Source: an uncultured Eubacteriales bacterium (GTDB lineage Bacteria > Acidobacteriota > Aminicenantia > Aminicenantales > Saccharicenantaceae). Taken from it: a stretch of 64,000 nucleotides of DNA. Under the pieces are notes generated by a model. It saw only the letters and a list, made by a program, of their open reading frames with translations, was not told the origin of the DNA and did no database searches. Where the stretch lies: NCBI GenBank assembly GCA_964422165.1, contig CAYQZX010000054.1, positions 7,605-71,604 of the forward strand, given 5' to 3'. Made by a program: the position numbers and the translations under genes. This document shows, in pieces, positions 8,952-19,050 of the stretch. Position 1 is the stretch's first letter; every line of letters starts with the position of its first letter.

Positions 8952-10361
8952 ATGAGATTAAAAAGAATTTCATTCATTGAGGCCGGAGCTCCGGGCGCGC
9001 ATATCTTTAGCAAATTTCCCATACCTCGGCTGGGAACGATACTGCTGGCCACCATGCTCAGGGACAGGGGTTATGAAGCCCGGGTTTTCGTGGAAGACAT
9101 GGCGAATATTGATTGGTCAGTGGTTGAGCAATCTGACCTGGTCGGCATCTCAACGATTACTTCAACAGCACCAAGGGCTTACGCCCTGGCCGAAAAAATC
9201 CGGTTCCTTGGGATACCGGTAGTGATGGGTGGTCCCCACGTAACTTTTATGGCAGAAGAAGCCCTGGAGAAGGCTGATTTTGTGGTGCGAGGTGAAGGAG
9301 AAAAATCTTTTCTTGAACTTATTGCCCACCTGGAAAAAGGCCAGCCCAGTCTTTTTAGCATAAAAGGACTCTCTTACCGGGAAAAAGGTATGAACAAAGT
9401 TCACAACCCACCGGCCGAGTTCATCCAGGACCTGGACAGTCTGCCAGCACCAGACTTTTCGCTCGTACTCCGCTCAAAGCCAACCCATATCTATCCCATT
9501 TCTACTTCCCGTGGCTGCCCATATGGCTGCCGTTTTTGTTCGGTCATCCAGATGTTCGGAAGGAAATACCGCTTTAAGTCGGTCGGAGCCACAATCAAAG
9601 AGCTGAAGCTGGCGGGGGAGGTTTCTAGAGCCACCAAATTCATCGTTGACGATAATTTTGCCGCCGATACTCAAAGAGCTAAAGAAATTCTCAGAGGAAT
9701 TCTGGCGGAAAGGATAAAAATGACCTGGTCCACTCAGGTTCGGGTTGATGTGGCTAAGGATATAGAACTGGTGCGGTTGATGGCTGAGAGTGGCTGTCAT
9801 ACTCTTTATATTGGCTTTGAATCCATAAACCCGGCAACTCTTCAGGCTTACAACAAAAAGCAGGGTCTGGAAGACATCATCAACTGCATAAGAACGATCA
9901 AAGATTATGGTCTCCATATCCACGGAATGTTTGTGCTGGGGGCAGATACTGACACGGTAGAAACTATCCGTCAGACAGCCGATTTTGCAACCAAACACCG
10001 GATTGATACAGTACAGTTTATGATTTTAACTCCGCTTCCGGGAACGCCGCTTTATTTTGACCTGGCGCAAGAAAAAAAGCTACTCCATACCGATTGGAGC
10101 AAATACGACGCTCATCATGTCGTATTTAAACCCGCTCTGATGACTCCAGCAACTCTTCAGATTGAAACTTTTCGGGCCATGGCCAGATTCTATTCCTGGA
10201 AATACATTTTGAGGCATCTGGCCACTTTGCATTTTCGCTATGCGGCTCTGGGGCTTTTCGGCAAGACCACCATCCGCCGGTTTCTGAAGAGCTGCGCGGC
10301 TGAACTTCAGCAACTCGGTTTTCAGAACTCTAATTCCAGTGCCCTAAAACAGGAAATATAA
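8952..10361 (+). CDS. B12-binding domain radical SAM protein (class B radical SAM, COG1032-like)
   Basis: N-terminal cobalamin-binding-like Rossmann segment. The CxxxCxxC radical SAM cluster motif is RGCPYGCRFCS. Confidence 0.85.
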   Translation: MRLKRISFIEAGAPGAHIFSKFPIPRLGTILLATMLRDRGYEARVFVEDMANIDWSVVEQSDLVGISTITSTAPRAYALAEKIRFLGIPVVMGGPHVTFMAEEALEKADFVVRGEGEKSFLELIAHLEKGQPSLFSIKGLSYREKGMNKVHNPPAEFIQDLDSLPAPDFSLVLRSKPTHIYPISTSRGCPYGCRFCSVIQMFGRKYRFKSVGATIKELKLAGEVSRATKFIVDDNFAADTQRAKEILRGILAERIKMTWSTQVRVDVAKDIELVRLMAESGCHTLYIGFESINPATLQAYNKKQGLEDIINCIRTIKDYGLHIHGMFVLGADTDTVETIRQTADFATKHRIDTVQFMILTPLPGTPLYFDLAQEKKLLHTDWSKYDAHHVVFKPALMTPATLQIETFRAMARFYSWKYILRHLATLHFRYAALGLFGKTTIRRFLKSCAAELQQLGFQNSNSSALKQEI

Positions 10362-10527
10362 TACTCATTCACCCTATTCATCGGGCAAAGGTGTTTTCTG
10401 TCCTTCGATTTCAATTTTTTACTTCTATCCGAGATATTTCCTGAGATCGTTCTTCTCACAGAAAAATCAGGAAACTTAGCTTGTTTACATTTGCTTCTTA
10501 CCTCTCTCCTGCTAAAAATTTGAAAAG

Positions 10528-11670
10528 ATGAGCCATCTGAGCTATCTTTTTACTATTAAAAGGCCAATGGAAACCATCTACTGGATCCTTGAAGCCACGG
10601 GACACAAAAAATTCCCATATCGGGTCAGGATAACCCAGGGCGAAGAAAACCTGCTCTGCCTGCGTGTCCAGGACCGCTGGCCCGGTACTAAAGGGCATAT
10701 TTTTTGCCTGCGCGAAGATCCGCAGGGTTTACCCAACCCGGCTCAGGAAATTGAACACGTGCCCGTTATCTCCATAAAGCGGTATGGAAAAAGGCTGGCT
10801 ATCATACTTGACCGAGCCATTAACAAACGCTGTGAGTTTCTTTTCCTCAAGAAAAAATACAAACAAAAAGAAGGAGAATATGAACAGATTTTCTGGCGTA
10901 CCAGAAGCAATTTGATTCAAAGAAGAATCAAAGTCAAGCTTACCACTCAGGGTTCACCACGATTGCGCATCGCCATTGATAAAAACGAACGCTACCCTTG
11001 GAGCTTTCCGGGCTGCATGGTAGAGCGTAAAAACCTGCCGGTTGGTGATTATGCTCTTATGTCAGAGAATGGGCTTCGCGCCGTGGTTGAACGAAAGACG
11101 TTTGAAAACCTAATCAGTGAGTTTGGGCACATGCCGCTTCTACATCAGACTCTCGGCGAACTGGAAGCCTATCGCTATTCAGCCCTGGTCATAGAAGCCA
11201 ATTATTCTGATTTTCTTAACCCGAAAAAGTTAAGGTATTATTCTCCTACCTTTACCTCCAGGGCCCTGGCCGAGCTTCAGGCCCTCCATCCGGATCTGAT
11301 TATAACTTTTGCCGGCAGCCGCAAATTAGCCAGAGAATGGACCCTGAGATTTTTTTCGGCCATCATGGCTCATGATACAGACCAGTTGCCAGCTGCCGTG
11401 AACGAAGCTGTGAATAAATATGAGCTGCCATTAGATTTCAAGGGAGGTACTTATTTTGATCTCAGGGAAAAAGTTTTAAAAGAACTGCCAGATGAATTCT
11501 TAAAAAAAGATCTGTCTCAACATTTTATCGAGCCAGAACTTAAAACCTTAAAACGAGTGCTGACCGACCTGGAAAAAGAAGGTTTGTTGAAAAGCTTCAG
11601 GGCTGACCGAAACAAGTTCTGGGTAAAAATACAGAAATTAGAAGAATCCGATTTTGATGATAAAAAATAA
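10528..11670 (+). CDS. ERCC4-type (XPF/Mus81/Hef-like, PD-(D/E)xK superfamily) nuclease domain protein; an alternative ATG start is at 10567
   Basis: PVGDYALMSENGLRAVVERKTFENLISEFGHMPLLHQTLGELEAYRYSALVIE matches the ERCC4 signature GDYxLS...VERKxxxDLxxS...LLIE. The N-terminal 170 aa are unassigned. Confidence 0.6.
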   Translation: MSHLSYLFTIKRPMETIYWILEATGHKKFPYRVRITQGEENLLCLRVQDRWPGTKGHIFCLREDPQGLPNPAQEIEHVPVISIKRYGKRLAIILDRAINKRCEFLFLKKKYKQKEGEYEQIFWRTRSNLIQRRIKVKLTTQGSPRLRIAIDKNERYPWSFPGCMVERKNLPVGDYALMSENGLRAVVERKTFENLISEFGHMPLLHQTLGELEAYRYSALVIEANYSDFLNPKKLRYYSPTFTSRALAELQALHPDLIITFAGSRKLAREWTLRFFSAIMAHDTDQLPAAVNEAVNKYELPLDFKGGTYFDLREKVLKELPDEFLKKDLSQHFIEPELKTLKRVLTDLEKEGLLKSFRADRNKFWVKIQKLEESDFDDKK

Positions 11671-11716
11671 GGAACATAGTTCAAGCCGCATTATCTGTGC
11701 CCTTCTTTCCTCTTTT

Positions 11717-11725
11717 TGTTATAAT
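11717..11725 (+). promoter_or_regulatory. extended -10 promoter element TGtTATAAT upstream of the LarA-family gene
   Basis: TGnTATAAT lies 27 nt upstream of ATG 11752, and the RBS GGAGG is at 11741-11745. Confidence 0.4.
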
Positions 11726-11751
11726 CAGGCTGAAGCTCCTGGAGGTTAAAA

Positions 11752-13026
11752 ATGCATATCAGGTTAGCCTATGGTCGAAAAGGATTGAGTGTTGAACTAC
11801 CAGATACCGCACCCGTCACTGTCATCGAACCGGAATTTGTTTCTGGCCTGAAAGATGAGCGGGCCGCCCTGGTCGAAGCTTTAAATTCTCCTTTAGGGTC
11901 TCCCCCGTTTTGCGAACTGGTTCGCCCATCTGATAGTGTAGCTATAGTCTTCAGCGACCTGACCAGACCGATGCCCAACGACCGGGTGCTGCCGGTGCTG
12001 CTGGAGGAGTTAAACCAGACCGGGGTGCCAGATGACCACGTTGTTCTGGTTAATGCCCTCGGCACTCATCGCCCCCAGACCGAGGCAGAGTTAAAAATGA
12101 TGCTGGGAGAAGCCGTAGTTAATCGCTACCGCATTGTTCAGCACAACGCCTGGGATGAAACGACCATGGCTCCGGTCGGGAAAAACCGCGCCGGCCGAAC
12201 AGTTCGGGTCAACCGCACTTACCTTGAAGCTTCTGTGCGCATTCTGACCGGCTTTATCGAGCCTCATTTCTTTGCCGGTTTCAGCGGCGGCCCGAAAGCT
12301 GTTCTGCCCGGCATTGCCGATGTGGACAGCATTCTGGATAATCACGGAGCAACCATGCTGGCCGACCCTCAGGCCACCTGGACAGTTACTGAAGGCAATC
12401 CTCTCTGGGAAGAAATGCTGGAGATAGCCCTGCTCACTAAACCGACCTTTTTGCTTAATGTAACTCTGAATCAAGCTCGCCAGATTACCGGTGTTTTTGC
12501 TGGAGATTTAATTAAAGCCCACCAGGCCGGCTGCGAATTTGCCCGACGCCATGCCATAAGGAAAGTGGCTCAGCTGTTTGATATTGTCATCACCAGTAAC
12601 AGCGGCTACCCGCTGGACCTCAACCTTTACCAGGCTGTCAAAGGAATGTCGGCCGCAGCCCGCATCGTCAAGCCAGGTGGTGTGATCATCATGGCTGCAG
12701 AATGCTGGGATGGCCTTCCCAACCACGGCGAGTTCAAGCGGCTGCTGTGGGAGGCCGGCTCACCCGAAGAAATCCTGGACCGGATAATGACCCCGGGTTT
12801 TCGCTGCCACGACCAGTGGGAAGCCCAGATTCTGGCTCAGCTGAGGCAAAAAGCCAGCATCTACCTTTTTACCGATGGCCTCACGGAAGAAGAAATAAGA
12901 AGGTCGCATCTTCTGCCTTGCCCTTCGGTTGAAGAAACAGTGAAAGAACTTCTGCGCTCCAACCCACAGGCTACTATTGCTGTTTTGCCTGACGGGCCAC
13001 AGACTGTTCCAACCCTGGCCGGCTGA
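11752..13026 (+). CDS. LarA family protein (nickel-pincer-dependent lactate racemase-like, DUF2088)
   Basis: The N-terminal third matches LarA-family proteins. The PHFFAGFSGGPK motif is present. Confidence 0.75.
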   Translation: MHIRLAYGRKGLSVELPDTAPVTVIEPEFVSGLKDERAALVEALNSPLGSPPFCELVRPSDSVAIVFSDLTRPMPNDRVLPVLLEELNQTGVPDDHVVLVNALGTHRPQTEAELKMMLGEAVVNRYRIVQHNAWDETTMAPVGKNRAGRTVRVNRTYLEASVRILTGFIEPHFFAGFSGGPKAVLPGIADVDSILDNHGATMLADPQATWTVTEGNPLWEEMLEIALLTKPTFLLNVTLNQARQITGVFAGDLIKAHQAGCEFARRHAIRKVAQLFDIVITSNSGYPLDLNLYQAVKGMSAAARIVKPGGVIIMAAECWDGLPNHGEFKRLLWEAGSPEEILDRIMTPGFRCHDQWEAQILAQLRQKASIYLFTDGLTEEEIRRSHLLPCPSVEETVKELLRSNPQATIAVLPDGPQTVPTLAG

Positions 13027-13226
13027 CCTTTTCTTTGCTAAAAGTAGCTCTGATTAATTAACTATTCTGTCCTGCCAGGAAAAATGGAAATAAATATTCC
13101 ATTAAGGTTTTACTATCCCTTCTATTTTTTAGCCCACTCTTTGACTGAACCACCTACATCAGAGAAATTCTAGAGTAGGAATTAATTTCGCGTCATAAGA
13201 GTATTATGATGTCCACCGTTTATTGA

Positions 13227-15572
13227 TTATTCCCAGACTTCCTCTGGCGAACGGGGCATAAATGACGGCCTGGGTTCAGAAAGCTTTTTCTCCAGCTTAT
13301 TCCAATCCGGTGGGTTCACCCCCAGCAGATGGCGCACAAAGAAATCATTTCTCTTCCGCTCGCCAAAGGCTCCTCCCGAACCGTGATTCGCTCCCGGAAT
13401 GACGACCAGCTCAAAATCTTTGCCAGCCTTAATCAGGGCATTGACCACCTGATAGGTAGTGGCCGGGTCTACGTTGGTATCAAGCTCCGGAACAAGCAAC
13501 ATTAACTTGCCTTTTAGACGATGAGCATTGACAGTGTTGGAAGAAGCTTCATATTCAGGTCCAAGGGGCCAGCCCATCCACTGTTCATTCCACCATATTT
13601 TATCCATGCGGTTATCATGGCAGCCAGCCGCAGCAAAGCCAACTTTGTAGAATTCAGGGTGGAAAAGCAGACCAGCCATGGCGTTCTGCCCACCGGCCGA
13701 AGTTCCGTATATGCCCACCCGGTTAATGTCATAATAATGATACTTCGCCGCCACCGCTTTATGCCAGAGAATTCGATCAGGAAAACCGGCATCTTTAAGA
13801 TTCTTCCAGCAGACATCGTGAAAAGCTTTTGACCGATTGCTGGTGCCCATGCCGTCAATCTGCACCACGATAAACCCCAGCTCAGCCAGTGACATCATCT
13901 GGTTCCAGGCAAAAAAACTTTTGGGCACAAAAGAGCTGTGGGGACCGGCATAGATGTATTCAATAACTGGATATTTCTTTTTCGGGTTAAAATTGGTTGG
14001 CCTGATAATGATTCCCCAGATATCGGTTTTTCCGTCCCGGCCTTTAGCTACAAAAGGTTCAGGTGCCCGCCAACCAGCTTTGACCAGGCCGGAAATATCA
14101 GCTTTCTCCAGCTCCATAAGTACTTTTTTATCTTCCACCCGTCTGAGCTGCATCACCGGTGCCATATCCACCCGAGAATACAGGTCAACGTAATACTTAA
14201 GATCAGGAGATAAAGTAATGGTATGGTTAGCATCTGCTTCGGTGAAACATTCCAGCCCGGAACCATCAAAGTTAACCCGGTACAGGTGGAGGAAATAGGG
14301 ATCTTGACTCGGATACATACCGCTTCCTAAAAACCACACCTGTCGCCGTTCTTCATCTACCCGCTCAACACTCCGTACCACCCACTCGCCTTTTGTGATT
14401 TGATTTTTAACCTGACCCGTCTTCCCATCATAAAGATAAAGATGGTTCCAGCCATCTCGCTCGGACATCCAGATTATTTCGCGACCATCATCCAGGTCAT
14501 AACGAAACTTCTTGCTGGAATAACAGAAAAAAGTAGAGCTCTCTTCGTTTATCAGGGCCCTGGTCTGTCCGGTCGCGCCGTCCACTTCAATCACTCTGTA
14601 AACCTGGTGTCCGCGCTGGTTGTATTCAAAGGTTAAAGCCCGGCTGTCCCTGCGCCAGGCAAAATTGGAAAGCTCGTAGGGATTGTGGAATAAGCTGTTT
14701 TCGACGTTGATTTGTTTTTTACTTTCCACCAGAAAAAGCACTGGTTGGGGTATATCCAGAGGGTCACCTGGCTTGGTATAACCGAGTGAAAAATATTTCG
14801 GCTGTAACTGGTCAGCTGGTGATGAATCTATGTATTGAATTTTCCGGTGCAACCCCAGCCGGAGGCGAACAGCCAGAAGTTTTTTAGAATCCGGAGCCCA
14901 CTGGATGGATTGGAAAGTATAATAATTTCCCTCATTACCATCCCAGCTGAGCGGAAATTCCTCTTTGCTTTCTGAAGAGCGAAGCCAGACGTTGTAATTT
15001 CGGATGAAGGCTTCCCATTTTTTATCCGGAGAGGCTTTACTTTCCGTAGAGGCCGCCTGGGCCTGGGGTCCCCCCACATCCTGCCAGCCATCCCTCAGTC
15101 GTGGACGGGCCGGGCCGATTTTTTTAAGCTCATAAGTAGCCAGGTCAACCCTCCAGACTGAATCCCTGAATTCAAATTCAATAAACTTTTCATTTTCCAC
15201 AAAATTTAGACTGCGGAAAGGAAGAGTTTTAGCGGTAAATTTTTCTCCAGTTTCTTTATTCAGGGCTGCGGCCAGTTTTTCGTGGTCAAAGGCTGGTGAT
15301 TTGCTCCCTTTTTCTACATCCACCAGCACAAATTCCTGCCCGCCTTTAACTGCTTTTCGATACCAGAAACGTGGAGTCTTTTCTATCCAGACCGCTCGTT
15401 CGGGAGCGTTAGCCACCTGACTCTCATATTTTTCTCTAAGGGCAGCCGCCCTTTCATAATCTTCAAGTTTTCCCTGGGCCAGGAGAGAAGTCAAAGAGGA
15501 AAATAGGAAAAAAACGATTAACACAAGAAATTTACAATTTTTTCTCATGATACCTCCTGAAGCTTTGAACAA
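13227..15572 (-). CDS. S9 family serine peptidase (dipeptidyl-peptidase IV/prolyl oligopeptidase-like), secreted
   Basis: Signal peptide. Long N-terminal beta-propeller-like region. The nucleophile elbow GTSAGG and C-terminal DPAT...GANHG segments match S9 peptidases. Confidence 0.85.
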   Translation of the reverse strand: MFKASGGIMRKNCKFLVLIVFFLFSSLTSLLAQGKLEDYERAAALREKYESQVANAPERAVWIEKTPRFWYRKAVKGGQEFVLVDVEKGSKSPAFDHEKLAAALNKETGEKFTAKTLPFRSLNFVENEKFIEFEFRDSVWRVDLATYELKKIGPARPRLRDGWQDVGGPQAQAASTESKASPDKKWEAFIRNYNVWLRSSESKEEFPLSWDGNEGNYYTFQSIQWAPDSKKLLAVRLRLGLHRKIQYIDSSPADQLQPKYFSLGYTKPGDPLDIPQPVLFLVESKKQINVENSLFHNPYELSNFAWRRDSRALTFEYNQRGHQVYRVIEVDGATGQTRALINEESSTFFCYSSKKFRYDLDDGREIIWMSERDGWNHLYLYDGKTGQVKNQITKGEWVVRSVERVDEERRQVWFLGSGMYPSQDPYFLHLYRVNFDGSGLECFTEADANHTITLSPDLKYYVDLYSRVDMAPVMQLRRVEDKKVLMELEKADISGLVKAGWRAPEPFVAKGRDGKTDIWGIIIRPTNFNPKKKYPVIEYIYAGPHSSFVPKSFFAWNQMMSLAELGFIVVQIDGMGTSNRSKAFHDVCWKNLKDAGFPDRILWHKAVAAKYHYYDINRVGIYGTSAGGQNAMAGLLFHPEFYKVGFAAAGCHDNRMDKIWWNEQWMGWPLGPEYEASSNTVNAHRLKGKLMLLVPELDTNVDPATTYQVVNALIKAGKDFELVVIPGANHGSGGAFGERKRNDFFVRHLLGVNPPDWNKLEKKLSEPRPSFMPRSPEEVWE

Positions 15573-15789
15573 AAAAAATCTAAACCATTCGAATCATAAT
15601 TTCTTAACGCTTAGCATTATCCTAAGAGCCCCACGAGATTTCTATTGTTTATATTGGCTTTAAATTGTCAAGAGAAATGTAATATATCAGATATTTAAAA
15701 GCGACAGGGCTTGTTAATAGTTTCATTGTTAAGAAACGAGAACAAATAAAATTTAGGATTAAGTATTGTGAGTTTTGAGTCCTCTGTTT

Positions 15790-16068
15790 TCAGCCACCGC
15801 CCATCATCGGAAAAAGGGCTATTACCGCACCATCCTCAATCCTGGTCTTGGCAAGATTTTCTGGAGCTACTACTGAGCCATTGATCATAACCACCACCTG
15901 CGCTTTAAGCTGGTCATCCTGAAATATCTCAGCTTTCTGCTGCGGAGTCTCGATCAGCCGGTTAAATAGTTCAGCCAGGTTAAGACCATCTTCGAGCACC
16001 AGTTCCCTTTCTCGCCCCCCGAACAATTCTCTAAAATAAGCAAAAAATTTAACCTTGATTTTAATCAT
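15790..16068 (-). CDS. MoaD/ThiS-family ubiquitin-like sulfur-carrier protein ending in GGG
   Basis: 92 aa with the typical MoaD length and a KVKFFAYFRE start. The C-terminus is a Gly-Gly(-Gly). Confidence 0.7.
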   Translation of the reverse strand: MIKIKVKFFAYFRELFGGRERELVLEDGLNLAELFNRLIETPQQKAEIFQDDQLKAQVVVMINGSVVAPENLAKTRIEDGAVIALFPMMGGG

Positions 16069-16251
16069 CTATTCCATCCTGACTGATCTTCAGATTCAGA
16101 CTCAATCTCTTTTTTGATTTTAGCAGAGTTTTTAAGCGGTGCCACCTCATTCTATTTTAAAATCATAAAAAATTGTCTATTGCTACTCCAGAAAAAAGCT
16201 AATAAAATTCCTTTTTCTCTGGCCTGAATTGCCTTTGAAAGGATTTAGCTG

Positions 16252-16878
16252 ATGGCAAAAAAGTTATGGTTCAAGATGATTGGGCTTCTAACTATATTGT
16301 TCGCCTTCATTGGCTGTGCGACCATTGGTGACATCACCGCATCTATGGCTAACCTGCAAAAAATCCAGTTCAAGCTTGACTCGGTCCAAGAATTTTCGCT
16401 GGCCGGTATAACCCTCAGTAACAAAAGCAGCCTAAAGGACTTTACTGTTCAGGAAGGCATAAAGCTGAGCCAGTTATTAAACTCAAAAAAGTTTCCGGTC
16501 GAGTTTACTCTTAACATTCTGGCTATCAACCCGAACGATGGGTCAGGAAATAAGATTAAGACCACTGCCACTTTGAGCGGGTTAGACGCTCGACTCCTGA
16601 TTGACGGACAGCCCACCGTTTACGGTGATCTGACCAGCCCGATTGAAATCCCGGGAACCGGTGAAGAAATTATAATTCCGCTCCGGATGAGCTTGGATCT
16701 CTATGAATTTTTCAGCAACCAGGGTCCAGAGAAGCTGCTTGAGCTGGCTCTGGCTATTGGAGGCAAGAACGGCAGCACCTCTCGGCTGGCGCTTGATGTT
16801 CAGCCACGGGTGACCACACCTTTCGGTGAAATAAAATACCCTGGCCGAATCACCATCGTGGATAAAGAATTCCGTTAA
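16252..16878 (+). CDS. predicted lipoprotein of unknown function
   Basis: Lipobox-like LTILFAFIGC signal, and RBS aaagga upstream. Confidence 0.55.
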   Translation: MAKKLWFKMIGLLTILFAFIGCATIGDITASMANLQKIQFKLDSVQEFSLAGITLSNKSSLKDFTVQEGIKLSQLLNSKKFPVEFTLNILAINPNDGSGNKIKTTATLSGLDARLLIDGQPTVYGDLTSPIEIPGTGEEIIIPLRMSLDLYEFFSNQGPEKLLELALAIGGKNGSTSRLALDVQPRVTTPFGEIKYPGRITIVDKEFR

Positions 16879-16905
16879 AAAAATGGTGATTGAGTACTCC
16901 CGCTG

Positions 16906-19050
16906 TTAACGGATGAAAACTTCCATATCGCCACCGGCTAAATTTACAGGCCGCCCCTGAGCTCCGAGGGCCTGAACCGAGGAAATCACCACTCTTGTTT
17001 CCCCTCTGGCTAAAGCTTCAAACACCAGCGTTGCCAGGTTACCAGATTTGATTCCAGCTGCTGGCGAAGGTGAGGAAAAACCAACTACTGCTGTTCCGGA
17101 GGGAGCTACATTCTGCAAAAACGAACCCCGCCCTCCAAACCGGGCTACCAGTTCCCCCGGCTGAATTTCCCTGAGCCGGAGTAGTTTCGGGTCAAAACTA
17201 AGATTCAGGGAAAGAGAAGTTATATCAGCAGGCGAATTGACCACCAGGTTTACATTAAGGGTGGACCCAACTGGAACCTCGGCCCGGCCCGGCAAAAATT
17301 CTACTGTGCTCATTCCAGAAGCTTCAGCCAGCTCTTCAGGGGTTAATTCCTCTTCCGGGATGACCTCAAAACTCTCGGGAAATGATTCCTGAGCGGTGAC
17401 AAAACTCAGGGCTTCATTGTCAATCCATAAGGGCTTGCCATCTTCATCAGTTATTGGCATGGTCCTGATGATATGGGGTGTTATAGTCAGGATAACATCG
17501 GTCTGTTCCAGAGTCCGGTCGGTACTGGAAAACAAACTGCCCAGAACCGGAAGGTTCTTCAACCCAACCACACCTTTCAACGATTTCCTTTCCTCATCCT
17601 TAAGCAGGCCAGCCAGCAGATTAGTTTCTCCGTCTTTTAACCTGATTATATTTTTTACTTCTCTAGTCGAAATTATAGGAATATCAGCAATCCCGGTTCC
17701 GCCGATGGAAGTGATGACAATTTCCAGCTCCAGGGTAACTTCATTTTCCTGATGAAGACGTGGTTTAATTTTTACTTCTATACCAACATCCTGATAGGTG
17801 TAAGAAACGATCGGTTGCTGGCTGACCCCACCAGCGGCAATTGGCGAAAAGGTCGTCTGAGGAATCGGCACTTTCTGCCCGACCAGGTATTTTATTTCCT
17901 CCGAATCCACTCCCCTCAGTCTGGGCTGGGCAATGACTTTGGTGTCGGAATCGGTTTCCAGAAATTGCAGTAACACCGATGGCAGAGTTATCTGAAAATT
18001 GCCGGCCTGAGAAAAATTAATTCCTTCAAGGGGCAGCCATCCGCTTTCGGGAAACTCATTGCCACCGCTGTATCTGATTCCGGCATAGCTCTGGCCAAAC
18101 TGGGTTCCAAGAGTCTGCAGTTTCCTTCTTGAGACCTCCATTATTTCGAGGTCAATTACTACTTCTCCTTTGGGCTTGTCCCAGGCTCTCAACAGCTTTT
18201 CAGCCAGAGCCACTATTCGGGGATTATCACGCACAGTTAGCGAGTTCCGGCTCTTGTCAACGATAATGGTCGGTGCCTTGTACTGGGTTCTCAAAACAGA
18301 AATCAGCTGACTCTGAACATCCTGGGCATTGATGTTGGAAAGGTAGAAGGTTTTGATGGCATTCAACTCATACTGATTTCTTTTGGTAGGATTGTCAGGA
18401 ACTATTATTACCGTTTTTTCGTCGATTATCCGGTAAAAAGCCCGGCCAGCCAGACAGAGAGAATTTAAGGCCTGCTCCAGGTTCATCTCACTTAGATCAA
18501 CCGTTACCGGCAGGTCGCGGAACTGTTCATCAAAAAGAAAATTGATACCAGTAAATTTACCCAGAGCCTGAAACACGGCTTTCAAAGAAGCATCGGTAAA
18601 CCGCAGTTTGAGCTTTTCTGGTGAATACTTTAACTTAACCGGTTGCTCAATCACCACTTCTTTTGGCTTTTCCTCAACAGGCGGTTTCAAGCCAGCTACC
18701 CTTCGGTATTCCTCAAGGACCAATCTGTTGGTCGGATCATAAAAAAGAGCCTTTTTGTATTCTTCTAAAGCTCCATCTTTATTGCCCTCAGCCATAAGCT
18801 TTCTGGCTCTCTCCACCGCCTGGCTGGCTGCTCCAGCCTTGGCTCGGAAAAGAGCTAACCGGTAGACTGACTCCTTAGGGTTTTCAATCATAGCCTGCTC
18901 ATAGTATTTAATAGCCTCATCGTAGTTTTTATTCATTTCTGCCTGAGTACCCAGCTTATAGGACTGACTGAAAGTGGCGCAGGCTAAAAAATTTATCAGG
19001 AGCCAGCCAAGAAAAAACCAGTGGATTTTTCCCGGGCCAATTTTATTCAT
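16906..19050 (-). CDS. pilQ: secretin (PilQ/GspD family) with an N-terminal TPR-like region and an extra C-terminal beta-rich domain
   Basis: Secretin C-domain signature (VILTITPHIIR). N-terminal helical TPR-like repeats. About 170 aa of additional C-terminal sequence follows the secretin domain. Confidence 0.8.
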   Translation of the reverse strand: MNKIGPGKIHWFFLGWLLINFLACATFSQSYKLGTQAEMNKNYDEAIKYYEQAMIENPKESVYRLALFRAKAGAASQAVERARKLMAEGNKDGALEEYKKALFYDPTNRLVLEEYRRVAGLKPPVEEKPKEVVIEQPVKLKYSPEKLKLRFTDASLKAVFQALGKFTGINFLFDEQFRDLPVTVDLSEMNLEQALNSLCLAGRAFYRIIDEKTVIIVPDNPTKRNQYELNAIKTFYLSNINAQDVQSQLISVLRTQYKAPTIIVDKSRNSLTVRDNPRIVALAEKLLRAWDKPKGEVVIDLEIMEVSRRKLQTLGTQFGQSYAGIRYSGGNEFPESGWLPLEGINFSQAGNFQITLPSVLLQFLETDSDTKVIAQPRLRGVDSEEIKYLVGQKVPIPQTTFSPIAAGGVSQQPIVSYTYQDVGIEVKIKPRLHQENEVTLELEIVITSIGGTGIADIPIISTREVKNIIRLKDGETNLLAGLLKDEERKSLKGVVGLKNLPVLGSLFSSTDRTLEQTDVILTITPHIIRTMPITDEDGKPLWIDNEALSFVTAQESFPESFEVIPEEELTPEELAEASGMSTVEFLPGRAEVPVGSTLNVNLVVNSPADITSLSLNLSFDPKLLRLREIQPGELVARFGGRGSFLQNVAPSGTAVVGFSSPSPAAGIKSGNLATLVFEALARGETRVVISSVQALGAQGRPVNLAGGDMEVFIR

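Noticed and set aside
10362-10527. Promoter and RBS for the ERCC4-protein gene
   Set aside because: No convincing -35/-10 pair or SD precedes ATG 10528. The downstream ATG at 10567 has a better AAAGG spacing, so the start remains ambiguous rather than a feature.
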